Of a DNA stretch of 64,000 nucleotides, positions 37,835-50,136 are shown one piece after another. Numbering within the stretch: the stretch's first letter is position 1; every line of letters starts with the position of its first letter. Position numbers and translations under genes: made by a program. The stretch is from Euprymna scolopes (Eukaryota), in the NCBI GenBank assembly GCA_053919585.1, contig CM132808.1; one strand, written 5' to 3'. The notes under the pieces are model-generated. The model searched no databases and was not told where the DNA came from. It worked only from the letters and a program-made list of their open reading frames with translations.

Positions 37835-38563
37835 CAACCAAACCTATTGTTGGTTTTTCTTGGGCTAACGATCACAACCAAACCTATTGTGAGTTTTTTT
37901 TGGGCTAACGATCACAACCAAACCTATTGTGGGTTTTTCTTGGGCTAACGATCACAACCAAACCTATTGTGGGTTTTTCTTGGGCTAACGATCACAACCA
38001 AACCTATTGTGGGTTTTTCTTGGGCTAACGATCACAACCAAACCTATTGTGGGTTTTTCTTGGGCTAACGATCACAACCAAACCTATTGTTGGTTTTTCT
38101 TGGGCTAACGACCACAACCAAACCTATTGTTGGTTTTTCTTGGGCTAACGACCACAACCAGACCTATTGTGGGTTTTTCTTGGGCTAACGATCACAACCA
38201 AACCTATTGTTGATTTTTCTTGGGCTAACGATCACAACCAAACCTATTGTTGATTTTTCTTGGGCTAACGACCACAACCAAACCTATTGTTGGTTTTTCT
38301 TGGGCTAACGATCACAACCAAACCTATTGTGGGTTTTTCTTGGGCTAACGATCACAACCAAACCTATTGTGGGTTTTTCTTGGGCTAACGATCACAACCA
38401 AACCTATTGTTGGTTTTTCTTGGGCTAACGATCACAACCAAACCTATTGTTGATTTTTCTTGGGCTAACGATCACAACCAAACCTATTGTGGGTTTTTCT
38501 TGGGCTAACGATCACAACCAAACCTATTGTTGGTTTTTCTTGGGCTAACGATCACAACCAAAC
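37835..38563 (+). repeat. 40-bp minisatellite, right array (about 18 units)
   Basis: Same unit with several variant types; runs into the integrase frame KPIVGFSWANDHNQTVAVDL. Confidence 0.98.
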
Positions 38564-41242
38564 AGTAGCAGTGGATCTGCATCAGCTGGACGCTAACCTT
38601 TGGTACCTGCACATAATTGACAAATTCTCTCGGTTCAGTGCTGGATGCATAACAAATAAGAAACGATCATCTATGTTTGTTCAGAATTTTATAAAATACT
38701 GGATAAGCATTCATGGGGCACCACAGTAAATTCCCAGTGATCTTGGCAATGAATTTGACAGTGCAGAAGTACGAGACATGGCTGAGAACTTCAATATACG
38801 CGTAATCACTACTGCTGGTTATTCGCCTTGGAGTAATGGCTTATTAGAAAGACACAACCAAACATTGACAGAAATTTTACTAAAAATTAAATATGAACAG
38901 AATCTTGACTGGGAAACGGCTTTGAACTGGGCACTGATGGCAAAAAACTCCCTACACAATGTACATGGATATAGTCCATATCAACTGGTCTTTGGGAGGA
39001 ATCCAAATATTCCATCAGCACTCACCGATGAACCACCAGCTTTAGAAGGCACCACTACCAGTGAAGTGGTGAAAAACCACATAAATGCATTATACTCTGC
39101 GAGACAGGCCTTCATCAAAGCCGAATCATGTGAAAAAATCAGAAGAGCCCTACGTAAGCAAGTACGACCCACACCAGATGCTTGTATGGCCAGTGACAAG
39201 GTCTACTATAAGAGACCAGATAATAAAGAATGGAGGGGACCTGGTGTGGTGATTGGCCAAGATGGGCCTGTTGTGTTTGTCCGACATGGAGGGATATTGG
39301 TGAGGGTGCATAAATGTAGACTACGACTGGTCCATCCCACGGATGAAAATGGAAACTCTGACCTACTGTCGGATACACCAAGCAGTCAAAGGACCAAAGA
39401 GCAAACCGACCCTACCAAAACTTTTGATGCATCAGAGAATTCTGATGATGAGCAATACACCCAAACCTCCCCAACTTCACACGATGACAATGAGACAATA
39501 CAGGATAAGATTCATATAAAACCAGGTCACACCATAAGTTACACTCACAAGGAGAGTTTACAGCAAATCCAGGCTAAGGTAATTAGCCGAGCAGGAAAGA
39601 CTAATGGAAAAAATAAAAACTGGTATAACATAAAAATTATGGAACCAGCTGACCTGGCAGGTGAGGAATTATCTGTAGACTTAGGCCAAGTCAGCAATCT
39701 CAATAAGCATGTAAGCACCAGAACGCCTGCTGATGATAATAATGTCATGGTCGAAGACAACACTCAATTCTTTGAAGCAGAAATGAAAGAGCTCGACAGT
39801 TGGAAGCAGAACGAGGTCTACACAGAGATAAACGACAATGGACAAAAATGCATATCCACTCGGTGGGTCTGTACCTTGAAATCGACCATGGACGGCATAA
39901 TACCCAAAGCAAGATTGGTTGCACGGGGATTTGAAGAAATACAGGATATACAAAAACATTCTCCAACTTGTGCTCATGAATCTGTAAGACTAATAATGGC
40001 AGTGTCAGCTCAATGTCAATGGAAGCTACATTCTATGGATATCAAGACTGCATTTCTTCAGGGACAAACTATGGACAGGGAGGTATACATAATACCACCC
40101 AAAAAAGCCAAATGTAATAAAAGATGGTGGTTGAATAAATGTGTCTATGGGTTGAGTGATGCCTCTCTTCACTGGTATAACAAGGTGAAATCTGTCATGA
40201 TCGAGAATGAGGGGGCTATGTCAAAAATGGACCCCACAGTTTTCTATTGGATCTCTAAGACTGGTCACCTGACTGGCATACTGGCTTGCCATGTTGATGC
40301 CTTCATTTGGTCAGGTGATCAACAATTTAATAACATCATGGATAAAGTGTTGGAAAGGAAGACAGTGAAATCTAAGTATTGTGGAATTGATCTTAGCTGA
40401 ACCATTTGAACCAGGAGAATTACTCCAAATTTGAACCAGGAGAATTACTCCAAAGAAATATCACCAGTTATTGTGGATTCTCTGAGAGCTATGCAGAAAG
40501 ACTCCCAACTCTCAGAAAATGAAAGAAAATCGTTGCGATCAAAAGTAGGACAGCTGTTATGGTTGGCACACCAGAGTCGGCCAGACTTGCTGTTCGATAC
40601 TTGTATATTAGCAACAAACATTAAAAATGGCACTGTGTCTGATCTACTACAGGTAAACAGAATCATTACCAGAGCCAAATCATCTAAGCTATCACTAAAA
40701 TTTCAACCCCTTGGAAGAGATGAAGGATTACACTTGATGGTATTTAGTGATGCTGCTATGGGTAATCTACCAGATGGTGGTAGTCAGGGTGGCTATATAA
40801 TCCTACTTGTGGGTGAATCTGGTAAATTCTCCCCAATTTGGTGGAGTTCAAAGAAAATTTGACGCATTGTACATAGCACACTGGCTGCAGAAACTATTGC
40901 TATGTCTGAAGCAATTGACATGGCAATTTTTATTGCTACATTATTTTCTGAACTCACTACAGTAAACCCAATCCGCATGAGCTACCTATAATATGTGTCA
41001 CAGACTGCAAATCTCTCTTTGAGGCTGTAAAATCAACCAAATCAGTTAAAGAGAAACGACTCAGAATTGAAATTAGTGGAATCAAGGAAACAATATCAAA
41101 TAGACTAATAAAAGAATTCCAGTGGTGCAGGGATAAAGCACAATGGGCGGACTGCCTAACAAAGAGGGGCGCATCACCCTTTCTTCTAAGGAGCGTGTTG
41201 CAGGAGGGTATGATCAATATACAAGAACAATTAATCCCATGA
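38564..41242 (+). pseudogene. Copia integrase core, RT and RNase H, disabled
   Basis: VAVDL, SDLGNEF, SPWSNGLLERHN, KARLVARGFEE; the RT catalytic motif is altered to HVDAF; several stops. Confidence 0.9.
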
Positions 41243-41312
41243 CTTAAATTTTAAATGGAGACTTTATTTTATTAATTAAAAAAAAAAAAAAAAAAAAAAA
41301 ACTTATGAGATT

Positions 41313-41521
41313 TGTTAAGATTAAATAGTTATTCCCCTTAGACCGATCAAATTAAGTTACTTCCCTTTGATAACGTGATTTTATGAGACTTTACAAGACT
41401 TCATTTTTGTAGTATAAATATCGGTCAGCCATCTTTGTTTTGGCTGTTATTGATAGTTTTCTTACTGGCCACACGTGCTGAATAAAGTATCAATTTTATA
41501 TCCATTTTCATCGGCTTTGTG
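41313..41521 (+). repeat. GalEa-like 3' LTR (last ~12 bp missing)
   Basis: Matches the 5' LTR up to GGCTTTGTG, after which host LINE sequence resumes. Confidence 0.88.
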
Positions 41522-43460
41522 TACCCATTTCAAAGATAATTTTGTCAGGGAGGCCATTTATGAATATCAGGAACAATTTAGGTTCAAGGATCGAACACTG
41601 AGGTTACACCCGCATTTATATATTATATCATATTGATGTACAACCATCAAGGACAACCTGGATTTTTTTCTTATCCAAGATTTAATTAATCGTCCAGTAA
41701 TACCATATGATCTGATTTTTATGAGATCATCATGCCATACCCTGTCAAAAGCCTTAGATATAGTTAGGGCAGTAACCCTAACTCCCCTGCCTTATTCAGT
41801 GCATGGTATATACGTTCAGAAATTACAGTTAGAATATCTGCAGTAAAACGGGCTTGCCTAAACCCACACTGTTGGTCAGACAAAAGTTTAGCAGCTATGA
41901 GATGGTAGACTAGAACTTAATTATGGACTCAAATATTTTGGTGAAAAGATGGAGGAGGCTAATGGGGCGATAGGTCAGTTATTTCGCCAGAATTCTTGTA
42001 AACTGGTACCACAGAAGCAGTTTTCCAGCAATCAGAAAAGCAAGATTCGTTAATGCATTTGTTGAAAATTTTGGAGAGAACTGGAGCAACCTGAGCGGAG
42101 CAATTTTTAATAGTACAGTAGGTATGAGATCAGGTCCACATGCTTTTGAGGAGTCCTTGAGAAGGGGTGATTTTCAGATCATCTAGTGTGGTTTCTGTCC
42201 ACAGAGGAACATCAGGGACAGAGTAGTTTGTTGGGTTCAAAGTTAAATTGGAAGCAAACTGACGGGCAAGCAGGTTAGCCTTCTCGGTTGCCATGCAAAC
42301 AACTTCAAGATTGTTTGATCGTGGGGGAATTGTTGATTGCCTATTATTTACTACACTGTTATAGTTTTTCCAGAAATCATGAGTTCCTAATTTCTGCGCT
42401 TTAATGCACTTTTTGGTGTTTTCGGTATATTCTCTTTTTGCTGTAGCTATTTCTTTCTTACAATTACTTCTAGCTTCTATAAACTTTTGTCTATTTGAAA
42501 TCGATTTATGTTGGATAAATTTGCAATATGCATATTGCCTTTGAGCAATGGCAGCTGTGCAAGTAGAAGCAAACCATTGAGAAAAATAGGGTTTGCTATA
42601 GAACTTCCGTGTGAGAATATGTGCTTCAATTGCTGCTTTGAACCATTCAGTGTTCTCATTTGTGCAACGTTTTACAAGAGGAAAGATATTTCCTTATGAA
42701 ACATATCTGATGTGATCCCTGATGGCATCCAGTGAACTTTATTGTAGTATCTTGTGGTTTTGAGCAATGGCTCTTCAACTTGAGGTCGAGAGTTTAGGGT
42801 GATGTCTTTCATTATCACAGCGTGCTCATCATTCCTCAGAGGGCAATCAGTATTTGTTACACAATCCTCAAGAACTGTGGTCAGAAATATCCATAGGTGA
42901 GGCTTGTTGATCCTGACGATCTGGGAGACAGGTTGGGAATGTTACTGTGTGAAGCAATGGGACATAGAAAAGTTATGTGTGATGCTACCAGCTACGTCTG
43001 TGTAGTCAGAGAAGCCAAGCCAATTACTGTGGTGGACATTAAAACTCACCAAATACATGTACCTGGGTGCTAGTGTCTAGGGAAAGTGCTACATCTATGC
43101 TGTCAGAGACTTGATTGATTAGAAAATAGTCCTGGGTCGAGGGAAAGTGGCAAAGAAAATATAAATAGCTAATGCTATGTTATAAAGCACGTGAAGGTCT
43201 GGTCACCTTATTCTAGTTTAGATTCCTTAGTTATGGGGAGGGTGTTATGAGTATAGACTCCAAGTCCATGCAGGTGTGTCAGAGTCCTTACAACAAAGTG
43301 GAGGATAACCAGACATGTTAAAGTGATTAGAGGGGATGGAGAAGTGCAAGTTAGTTTCACTTGGCGCTATACAGGGAGTTTGCTAAGAAATGATTCTACA
43401 TTGTCTAAGTTAGTTCTAAGTCCATAGATATTTGTAAATTCAAGCCTCAAGGGAGGAGGC
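41522..43460 (-). mobile_element. CR1-group LINE (family B), 5' half: AP endonuclease and RT N-terminus, degenerate
   Basis: Minus strand: FTNIYGLRTN (APE start), YRPISLL, AL.ISKAFDRV, and LFLIFINGLPDKIIFEMG, which joins IFADD across the copia insertion. Confidence 0.8.
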
Positions 43461-44349
43461 GAATCGTTGTTTGATTGTGTGTCTGGTTTAATCATCACTT
43501 TGCAGGTCTCTACATTGCGGGTGAAACAGTCACATTTGCAAGTGATTTTTCAAAGTGGTGACTAGAAATAATGAAATGCTTATCTTTTAGCGATTGCATT
43601 TCTTTCACTGACAATCTTCCAAAGCTCACTACTTTTCAACTTTTTTTAATAAAATGAACAAAGTTTAATTATTTAAACAATAAAAGTTTAATAGAACAAT
43701 ATACTCTCTTTTTTTTTTTTTTAATAAAGGCTGTTTTCAAAATATCTGAAGAAATCAGAATATTTATACCTTAAAATATCGACATAAAATTTGTATAATT
43801 TAGAATTATACTTATTTAAAAATATACAGAAAAATCTTTATGTACATACTCGTCACAGAATGAAGAGGTCATATTTTTAAAATTATGTGGGTTTGGCTAG
43901 TAACTTTTTTATTTGGCTAGTAAACGAAAATATTTAGTTGTCAAAGGTCAACTAAAGATAAATTTGTCTATTGAGCCCTGTTTACCATCTTAAAATCCAT
44001 ATTCTTGCGCATATGTCATTGAAAATCTCTAAAATTTGACAGTTTCCAAATGCAAATAAATCTTCTACATACACTGATCAAATTCAGTTAGAGAACTTAA
44101 GTTAAAAGTTAAATTGTAATGCATTTTATATACAAAAAACTAAAATTTAATACCATCTTAAAATGAATAAATTACAACATTTTCCAAATAATTTGCATAG
44201 ATTAAAAATTCTGCACAACTATTTCTATTTTCTACTGCAAGATTTCTAAATAAATAAAAAAAAAATGCCTTAACTTATTTTTGAAACTTTTATTTTAGAT
44301 TTTGAACATAAAATTACTTTTACACATGCAAATATAGGTAAATAAGTGT

Positions 44350-45260
44350 GTTGAGGTAAGACTAGTTCCAGTCATTGTCATACTGGGAGTTATTTACGTG
44401 GCGATTGGTGTTGGTTTGGAGCAATTACTTGCGAGTACAGGCAGGTACTGGCTGCCTTTGTAACTGGTAATCATTGGTGGCCATGATCAGTATCAGCCTC
44501 CATTGGACTACATAACTAAAATTACCTGTCTTCAAATGTTGGACACTGTTGAGCACTGGAATCCACTGACTATCACTGGATGCATATGGCAGGCGGTGAT
44601 GATCATTGGCAGTTAGTGATGTTTTGAGGTGGTTACATGCATTTACTGGTGAACACTAGCTACCTTTCCAACTGTCATTGTTGGTTCCCAGCATTCATTG
44701 TCAGCCATGACCAAGTATCAGCCTACATTGGACTGCACCAAAATTAAATTCTGTTTTTTATGGTGAGCACTGGTGGAAATTGGTGTTATTTGCGTTTGGT
44801 CATTGTCAGTCACTATCAGTCATGACTAATGTTGAGTCTCATTGGACTGCTCCAAAATGAAATGGTCTGTCTTCAATATTTGTGTACTGTCATCCAGTAG
44901 CAGGCACTATTAGCCGCTGGAGTTATGACTGCGATTGATACTGATTTTCAGGTGGTTGCTGTCACTTCTTGACAGGGGCAGGCACTGGCAGGAAAATCAC
45001 CTGTCTTCAATTGTCGGGTACTGTCATCCATAATGGTCATTGCTCTTGAGTTGACTGCTGTCATCTCATGATACTAGCTGACACTGGCTGGCACTCCTGC
45101 TTCGAGTCTATTATTGCTATTTTTAGACAGTAACTGCTGTTTTGAGGTGGTTAGTTGTAGTTATTAGTGCTTACCTGCAGTCATTTGTGGGCATTGGTTG
45201 CCTTAAAAACTGCCTGTAACCATTGCTCAAAGGTGGCTATGACTAATGTCATGTTTTATT
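44350..45260. repeat. Highly degenerate tandem repeat
   Basis: Recurring CATGA..ATTGGACT, CTGTCTTCAA and AGGTGGTT blocks. Confidence 0.45.
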
Positions 45261-46379
45261 CCAAGCATGAGCAAGCAAGGAACACTATTCTAATTTTTAT
45301 GCAATTTGCTGTGTCGGTGTAGATGTTTTTGTACTTATACAGAATATTAACAATACTATTTTTTATGAATTGTAAACAAACAAACATATGTTAAATGTAT
45401 CAAAATAAGCAAACACGGTCAGTGCTGGTGTAAAAACACATGACAAATATAAAAAAGTTTTCAGTCTCATTGAGGAGAGAGAAAGCAATAAAATAATTAG
45501 TGAGTAAATATTGTGCTACCACTGTTAAACATGACTTGTTTTCGAATGTGAATCTCCTAGGAATTATAAGAAATTATGATAACAAATGAAAGCAACTGAT
45601 AATATGCGCAAAACCTACATTAGTTATTGGTTAATAATCTGACCATATTGAACTTATATGTGGCGTATGCATTTACAAAGCTATGTTTTTTCCTAGTCGG
45701 GAATAATTGATTTCGTTTTATTAGAGATAGACTAGCAAAAATATGTCCCCTTTGATCACATATGGTGAATGAACATATACTACACTAACCTTTAAAGGAT
45801 TGAAAGGGTGCATCAAGACAAACTACACACTTATCTCACAAAAAATAAAGATTATGCCTTGGAGGAGGATATCATAAGGACAGAACAAATAGTACACTAG
45901 CCGCCCCCCACCCACCCTAACAAAGACAATCATAGAAAGATTGTATCATAAGCAACAAGTATATATTACGCTTCTCCCTGAACAGAGGTAATGCCTGGGA
46001 GAATCGCCCCCTATAAGGAGAAAGTAATGCCTGTAAGTATGCAGCCATGGTAACAAGACAGATACTATTCTACCCTCTTCCCCAAATAAAAATATCCTTA
46101 AGACGTTAATATAACAGCAGGACAGATTCTATATTACACTCTTCCTCAAAGGAGGATGTAATACCTAAGAGCAATTTAATTCCTGTGAGAACATTCTAAT
46201 TATAACAGAACTGATACTACACTACCTACTCTCATTAAAATATAATACAATAATAGATTGAATCAGTGTTCTTCATTCATTTAAAGATGCTTAGTCATAA
46301 AAACATTTCTTATGGTTCTATGGCATTTGGGCTCACATCAAAATTTATGAACAATAACATTATAAAATTTCCAATTAAT

Positions 46380-47330
46380 TCGGGGATATCTGAAGATGAG
46401 GTAGGGGTCTAGTGTAAATGTGGCATTGTGGTGACTCAAATGATTTCAGTAAGAGTAAGAGTATGTATTATTGTCACTATAGACAACACCCATTTTCCCC
46501 ACACTTTTGATCGCTTTGTACCTAATTTGTTTTAAATGTTAATTTCTTATACTTTCTGTAAATAAATAATTCAAAATGTAGTATCTGTTCTTGTTACTTT
46601 GACTTTATCTAAACTGTCATGTCTCTGTTTTTTTGCTCTACTTTTTATGGGATGGGGAATTCAGTAACACCTCATGTTTGTATCGTTCAACAACCTAGAC
46701 GGACTGGCCCACTTCTGTCTTCTTTCTCCCCTCTGGGGTTGAAATGTAACCTTCACACTTTCTCTTTTTAATGCTCCCCGTCTCCCTTTCTCAGTTCTAT
46801 CAGCCTCTTGTTTGCTTTGGCATCTTCTGTCATGCCAAAATTATCTTCTGGATTTACCTAACTCCACCACCGTTGAAATAGTGAACTTTACAACCCCCCA
46901 CCCCATTTTCAACTGCTAGAGTTGAGGAGAGGGATTATGATCCAACTTGCATCACCATAGATTTATAATAGGATTACAATAAATTCAACAGCCCGGGAAG
47001 CAATCACAAAAGGAGCTGCTCTCCCAAAGTAAGGAGCAATTAAAGGAAAAGTTTGGGCATACCGCCCAAATTTCAACCAAAACACAGAGGCTTGAGTGAT
47101 AAAGAAATTGCTCCTCTAGAATGGAAGTAGAAAACGTCATCATCCAATGTGGATGATGTGATGGAGGCCAGCTCAGCTCCCCCAGACAGTGATACCACTA
47201 CCAGGAGCTGGAGCTCCCCTAGAACACCAAAAAATGAGAAGTTTCATCCATAATGATGAGTCCTTTCACTTCGAACACCTCCAGGTTCCTCAGAAAACAG
47301 GCTCCACCCAAAGGAGCCAAGGTATCCCCA
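46380..47330 (+). mobile_element. Old Keno-like Tx1 tail/head junction with U2-derived motif at 46571-46592
   Basis: A tail resembling 12830-13019 precedes TCAAAATGTAGTATCTGTTCTT. It is followed by sequence resembling the 5' UTR at 8155-8255 (CTCAGTTCTATC...ACTCCAC...GTGAA) and GCTCCCC-type ORF1 repeats. Confidence 0.6.
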
Positions 47331-49369
47331 GTTTCACCATCAAGAACCGGGCCTGAGCAACACAACTGTCTTTCCTATGTTTTTTGTAGATGTACTAATA
47401 GCACAAATATTGTTCTTCACCAGAACATAACGTGAATCACAATCTTCAAAGCCTTTGAAGGTTTCATGTAGCTCATGAGGATACATAAAGTCAACTTTTA
47501 TTGCTTTCCTCCTTATCACAGGGTTCATATATCATTTTTAAGGACTTTTCCAGACAAATTTCAAGTTTCTGAATCTTAAAAGATGAGGATTTGTTATTCA
47601 TATTGTTTGGATTCCTTGAACTTGAGTATCATTTTCACAACGTTTCGGTAACTTCCATATTATCTAGGTTCGTTCAAAACTAATGGCTGTCTGGGTAGGG
47701 GGGGGCATGGTTTTGAACATCGGCTAATCATAATATTTGTTTAAAATTTCGGTTACTTTTTGACTATGCTTGAAAGATTACAGCTTAAAGTTCTTTTCTC
47801 AAAGAAAAAATAGCGTGTGAAATTAAAAAAAAATACATGGAATTTTATCTCAAATCTGAAAACCATACATTTCTCGAAAAATTCATTACAAAGATCGTGT
47901 TTACATTTTTCTGGCAAGAAATATAAGTTTTCTGGAGTTATTTCCAAGTGAAATATTAAGTTAAAGTCTTAAGATAATGAATTAATGCAATAAATGTACT
48001 TAACTTTTACTAAAAAGGTAATGATTATCCAAAAATTTGGCAGTGGTAGCAACAAAATTTGTTAATTGTGTCAAAAAAAAAAAAAAAAAATCAGGGTGAC
48101 AAAATTCAAAGAAATATGGATGCGCATAAAAAACAATTTATTCCAAGTGTTGAAAGGTCAATTAAATTTACAGTTACAATGACAACTTATTAATTAAAAA
48201 AGTTCAATTAATAGAATTTAAACTTGAAAGACAAACTTCATAAATGTTAATTAAATTCATTAATTATATTGACAATTAATTCAATGAAAAAAAAGTTACC
48301 ATTATTTATTAATTCAAAGTGGACAGAAAACAACTTATAATTATTGAAAAAATAACACTTCAAAAATACAAACTTACGTTTGAATTTATCGGAATGTTTA
48401 TGTGAAATTTAAAGTTGACTGACCCAAACAGGCGTATATGAAAGTTATGCCGTGTAGTTAGAGGGAGGAGATGGGTGGGCAAAACTTTTTCTTTTCAGAA
48501 CTGTGTATCCGTATTTACCAACATGGAACGTTCGTATAATTTTTTACCATTTTTTAATTTATTTTTGTATGTTCCTGTTTTTCAATTTAATTTTATTTTA
48601 CTTTATTTTCCAAGATTATATGAACATTATCTTATGTTGATGATTATACGTTCATGCGTGCAATGAAAATATTAGAATCTTACATATAAAGATTACATTA
48701 AAAATGTAACCGTAAAAAAAAGTAGAAATATTTTTTGCAATTATATTTTTTTTTTATGTGAAAATATTAAACTAACAATGCTTAATTCAATGATAATATT
48801 GGTAGTTCGAGAAATTCATTTTTCTTCGAGTTATATCAATTTCGTTAATATGGACTTTAGGGGCTTTTTTCCTTATGTTCTTGTAAAAATTAAATAATTT
48901 TTTTAGTTGTTATAATTTATGATGCTTCATTTTTATAAAAAAAAGCAAAAATAAAATCATTCAGTTTTTATTTACTACTGAAAACCATAACTTTAGTAAA
49001 GGTATTTTTTGTTTTAAAAAAATAATACATTTCCATTAGGATTTAAATAAAAATGGGTTCATTATATTTCATGATCATTATTTGATAAATACTGAAAATG
49101 TTATTAAAATTGGTTAATTTCTTGATTTTTGGTGAATTTTTAAGTAAAAGGAGGGGTCAAAATGTTTATACATTTTGAGCATCGGCATTCATTTTGCACA
49201 TACCTAATGTTATCTTATGTATCTTGTCAAACTGAGGAATCTTCACGGAACTTCACACAGAACCTTTAATTTAATTCATGGTGTAGCATGCTCTTGTTCC
49301 ATCAATCATGACTGGATAGGATCAAAGTAAGTCGCAATTGTATTTTCAGTTGCCCACACTGAGGATTGA

Positions 49370-50110
49370 ACCTTCAACCTTCAGAAGAAGGTCACTTTTA
49401 CAACTATGGAAAAAGAACCACCAAAAACTATCATTCCTAAATGTGCTGATAACTCGTACTGGTTAGAGATTTATGTCATCTGTATACCAAAAGCCAAATT
49501 TTACTGGACAGTACTTAAAATTCAACTCCCACCATCCACATAATGTAAAGAAAAGAACTGTCTATTGCCTAGAACACTAAGTAACAGCCATGCATATCAA
49601 AAGGAGATGGACAGTTTAAGAGAAATCCTCCACCGAAACAACTATCAAGAGAGCATGACATCAGCTCCAAGAAATCTGGACCAGGCACCAAAGAACACGA
49701 CCCAAAAACTCACCATAGTTTGTATATCATACATGAAGGGCTTGTCCGAAAAATTTCAAAGAATATGCAATCCATATGACATCAGGACAATATTCAGGAG
49801 CGATTCAACTCTCTAGAAACATCTTGTGCAAGTCAAGACCCTTACAAAAAAAAATCATAACTAAGAACTACGTGTATGAGATCCCATGTAAATGTGGAAA
49901 ACTTTACAAAGGTGAGCCATGTCATTCACTAAAAGTAAGGTTAGAATATCAACAAGCCATAATATGTGGAGAGATTACGTAGTCGAGTATGGCTGACCAT
50001 ATATGAAGAGAAAAGCGAAACCATCTACTCCTATACGATGAAGTAACAATTATAAACAGATGAGCGGTGGAGAATAAGACGACTCAAAGAAGCAGCACAT
50101 GTTAAGCGAT
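49370..50110 (+). mobile_element. Penelope-like element fragment (RT C-terminus plus GIY-YIG endonuclease)
   Basis: TGQYLKFNSHHPHNVKK, Y.KGLSEK..RIC, VYEIPCKCGKLYKGE. Confidence 0.8.
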
Positions 50111-50136
50111 GATCAATTAGTAAGTATGTATGTATA

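Larger units (their letters stand above)
29078..41521 (+). mobile_element. Ty1/Copia LTR retrotransposon, GalEa-like, with nested insertions
   Basis: ~220-bp LTRs, PBS TGGTAGCAGAG, and domain order gag-PR(IDTACTRTVCG)-IN-RT(DIKTAFLQG; VYGLSDA; HVDAF)-RH(FSDA; TLAAE; TDCKSL; ADCLTK). TACC is repeated at the flanks. Confidence 0.9.

Noticed and set aside
30721-38563. CRISPR array
   Set aside because: The repeats are contiguous with no unique spacers, there are no cas genes, the context is eukaryotic, and the unit is integrase coding sequence.
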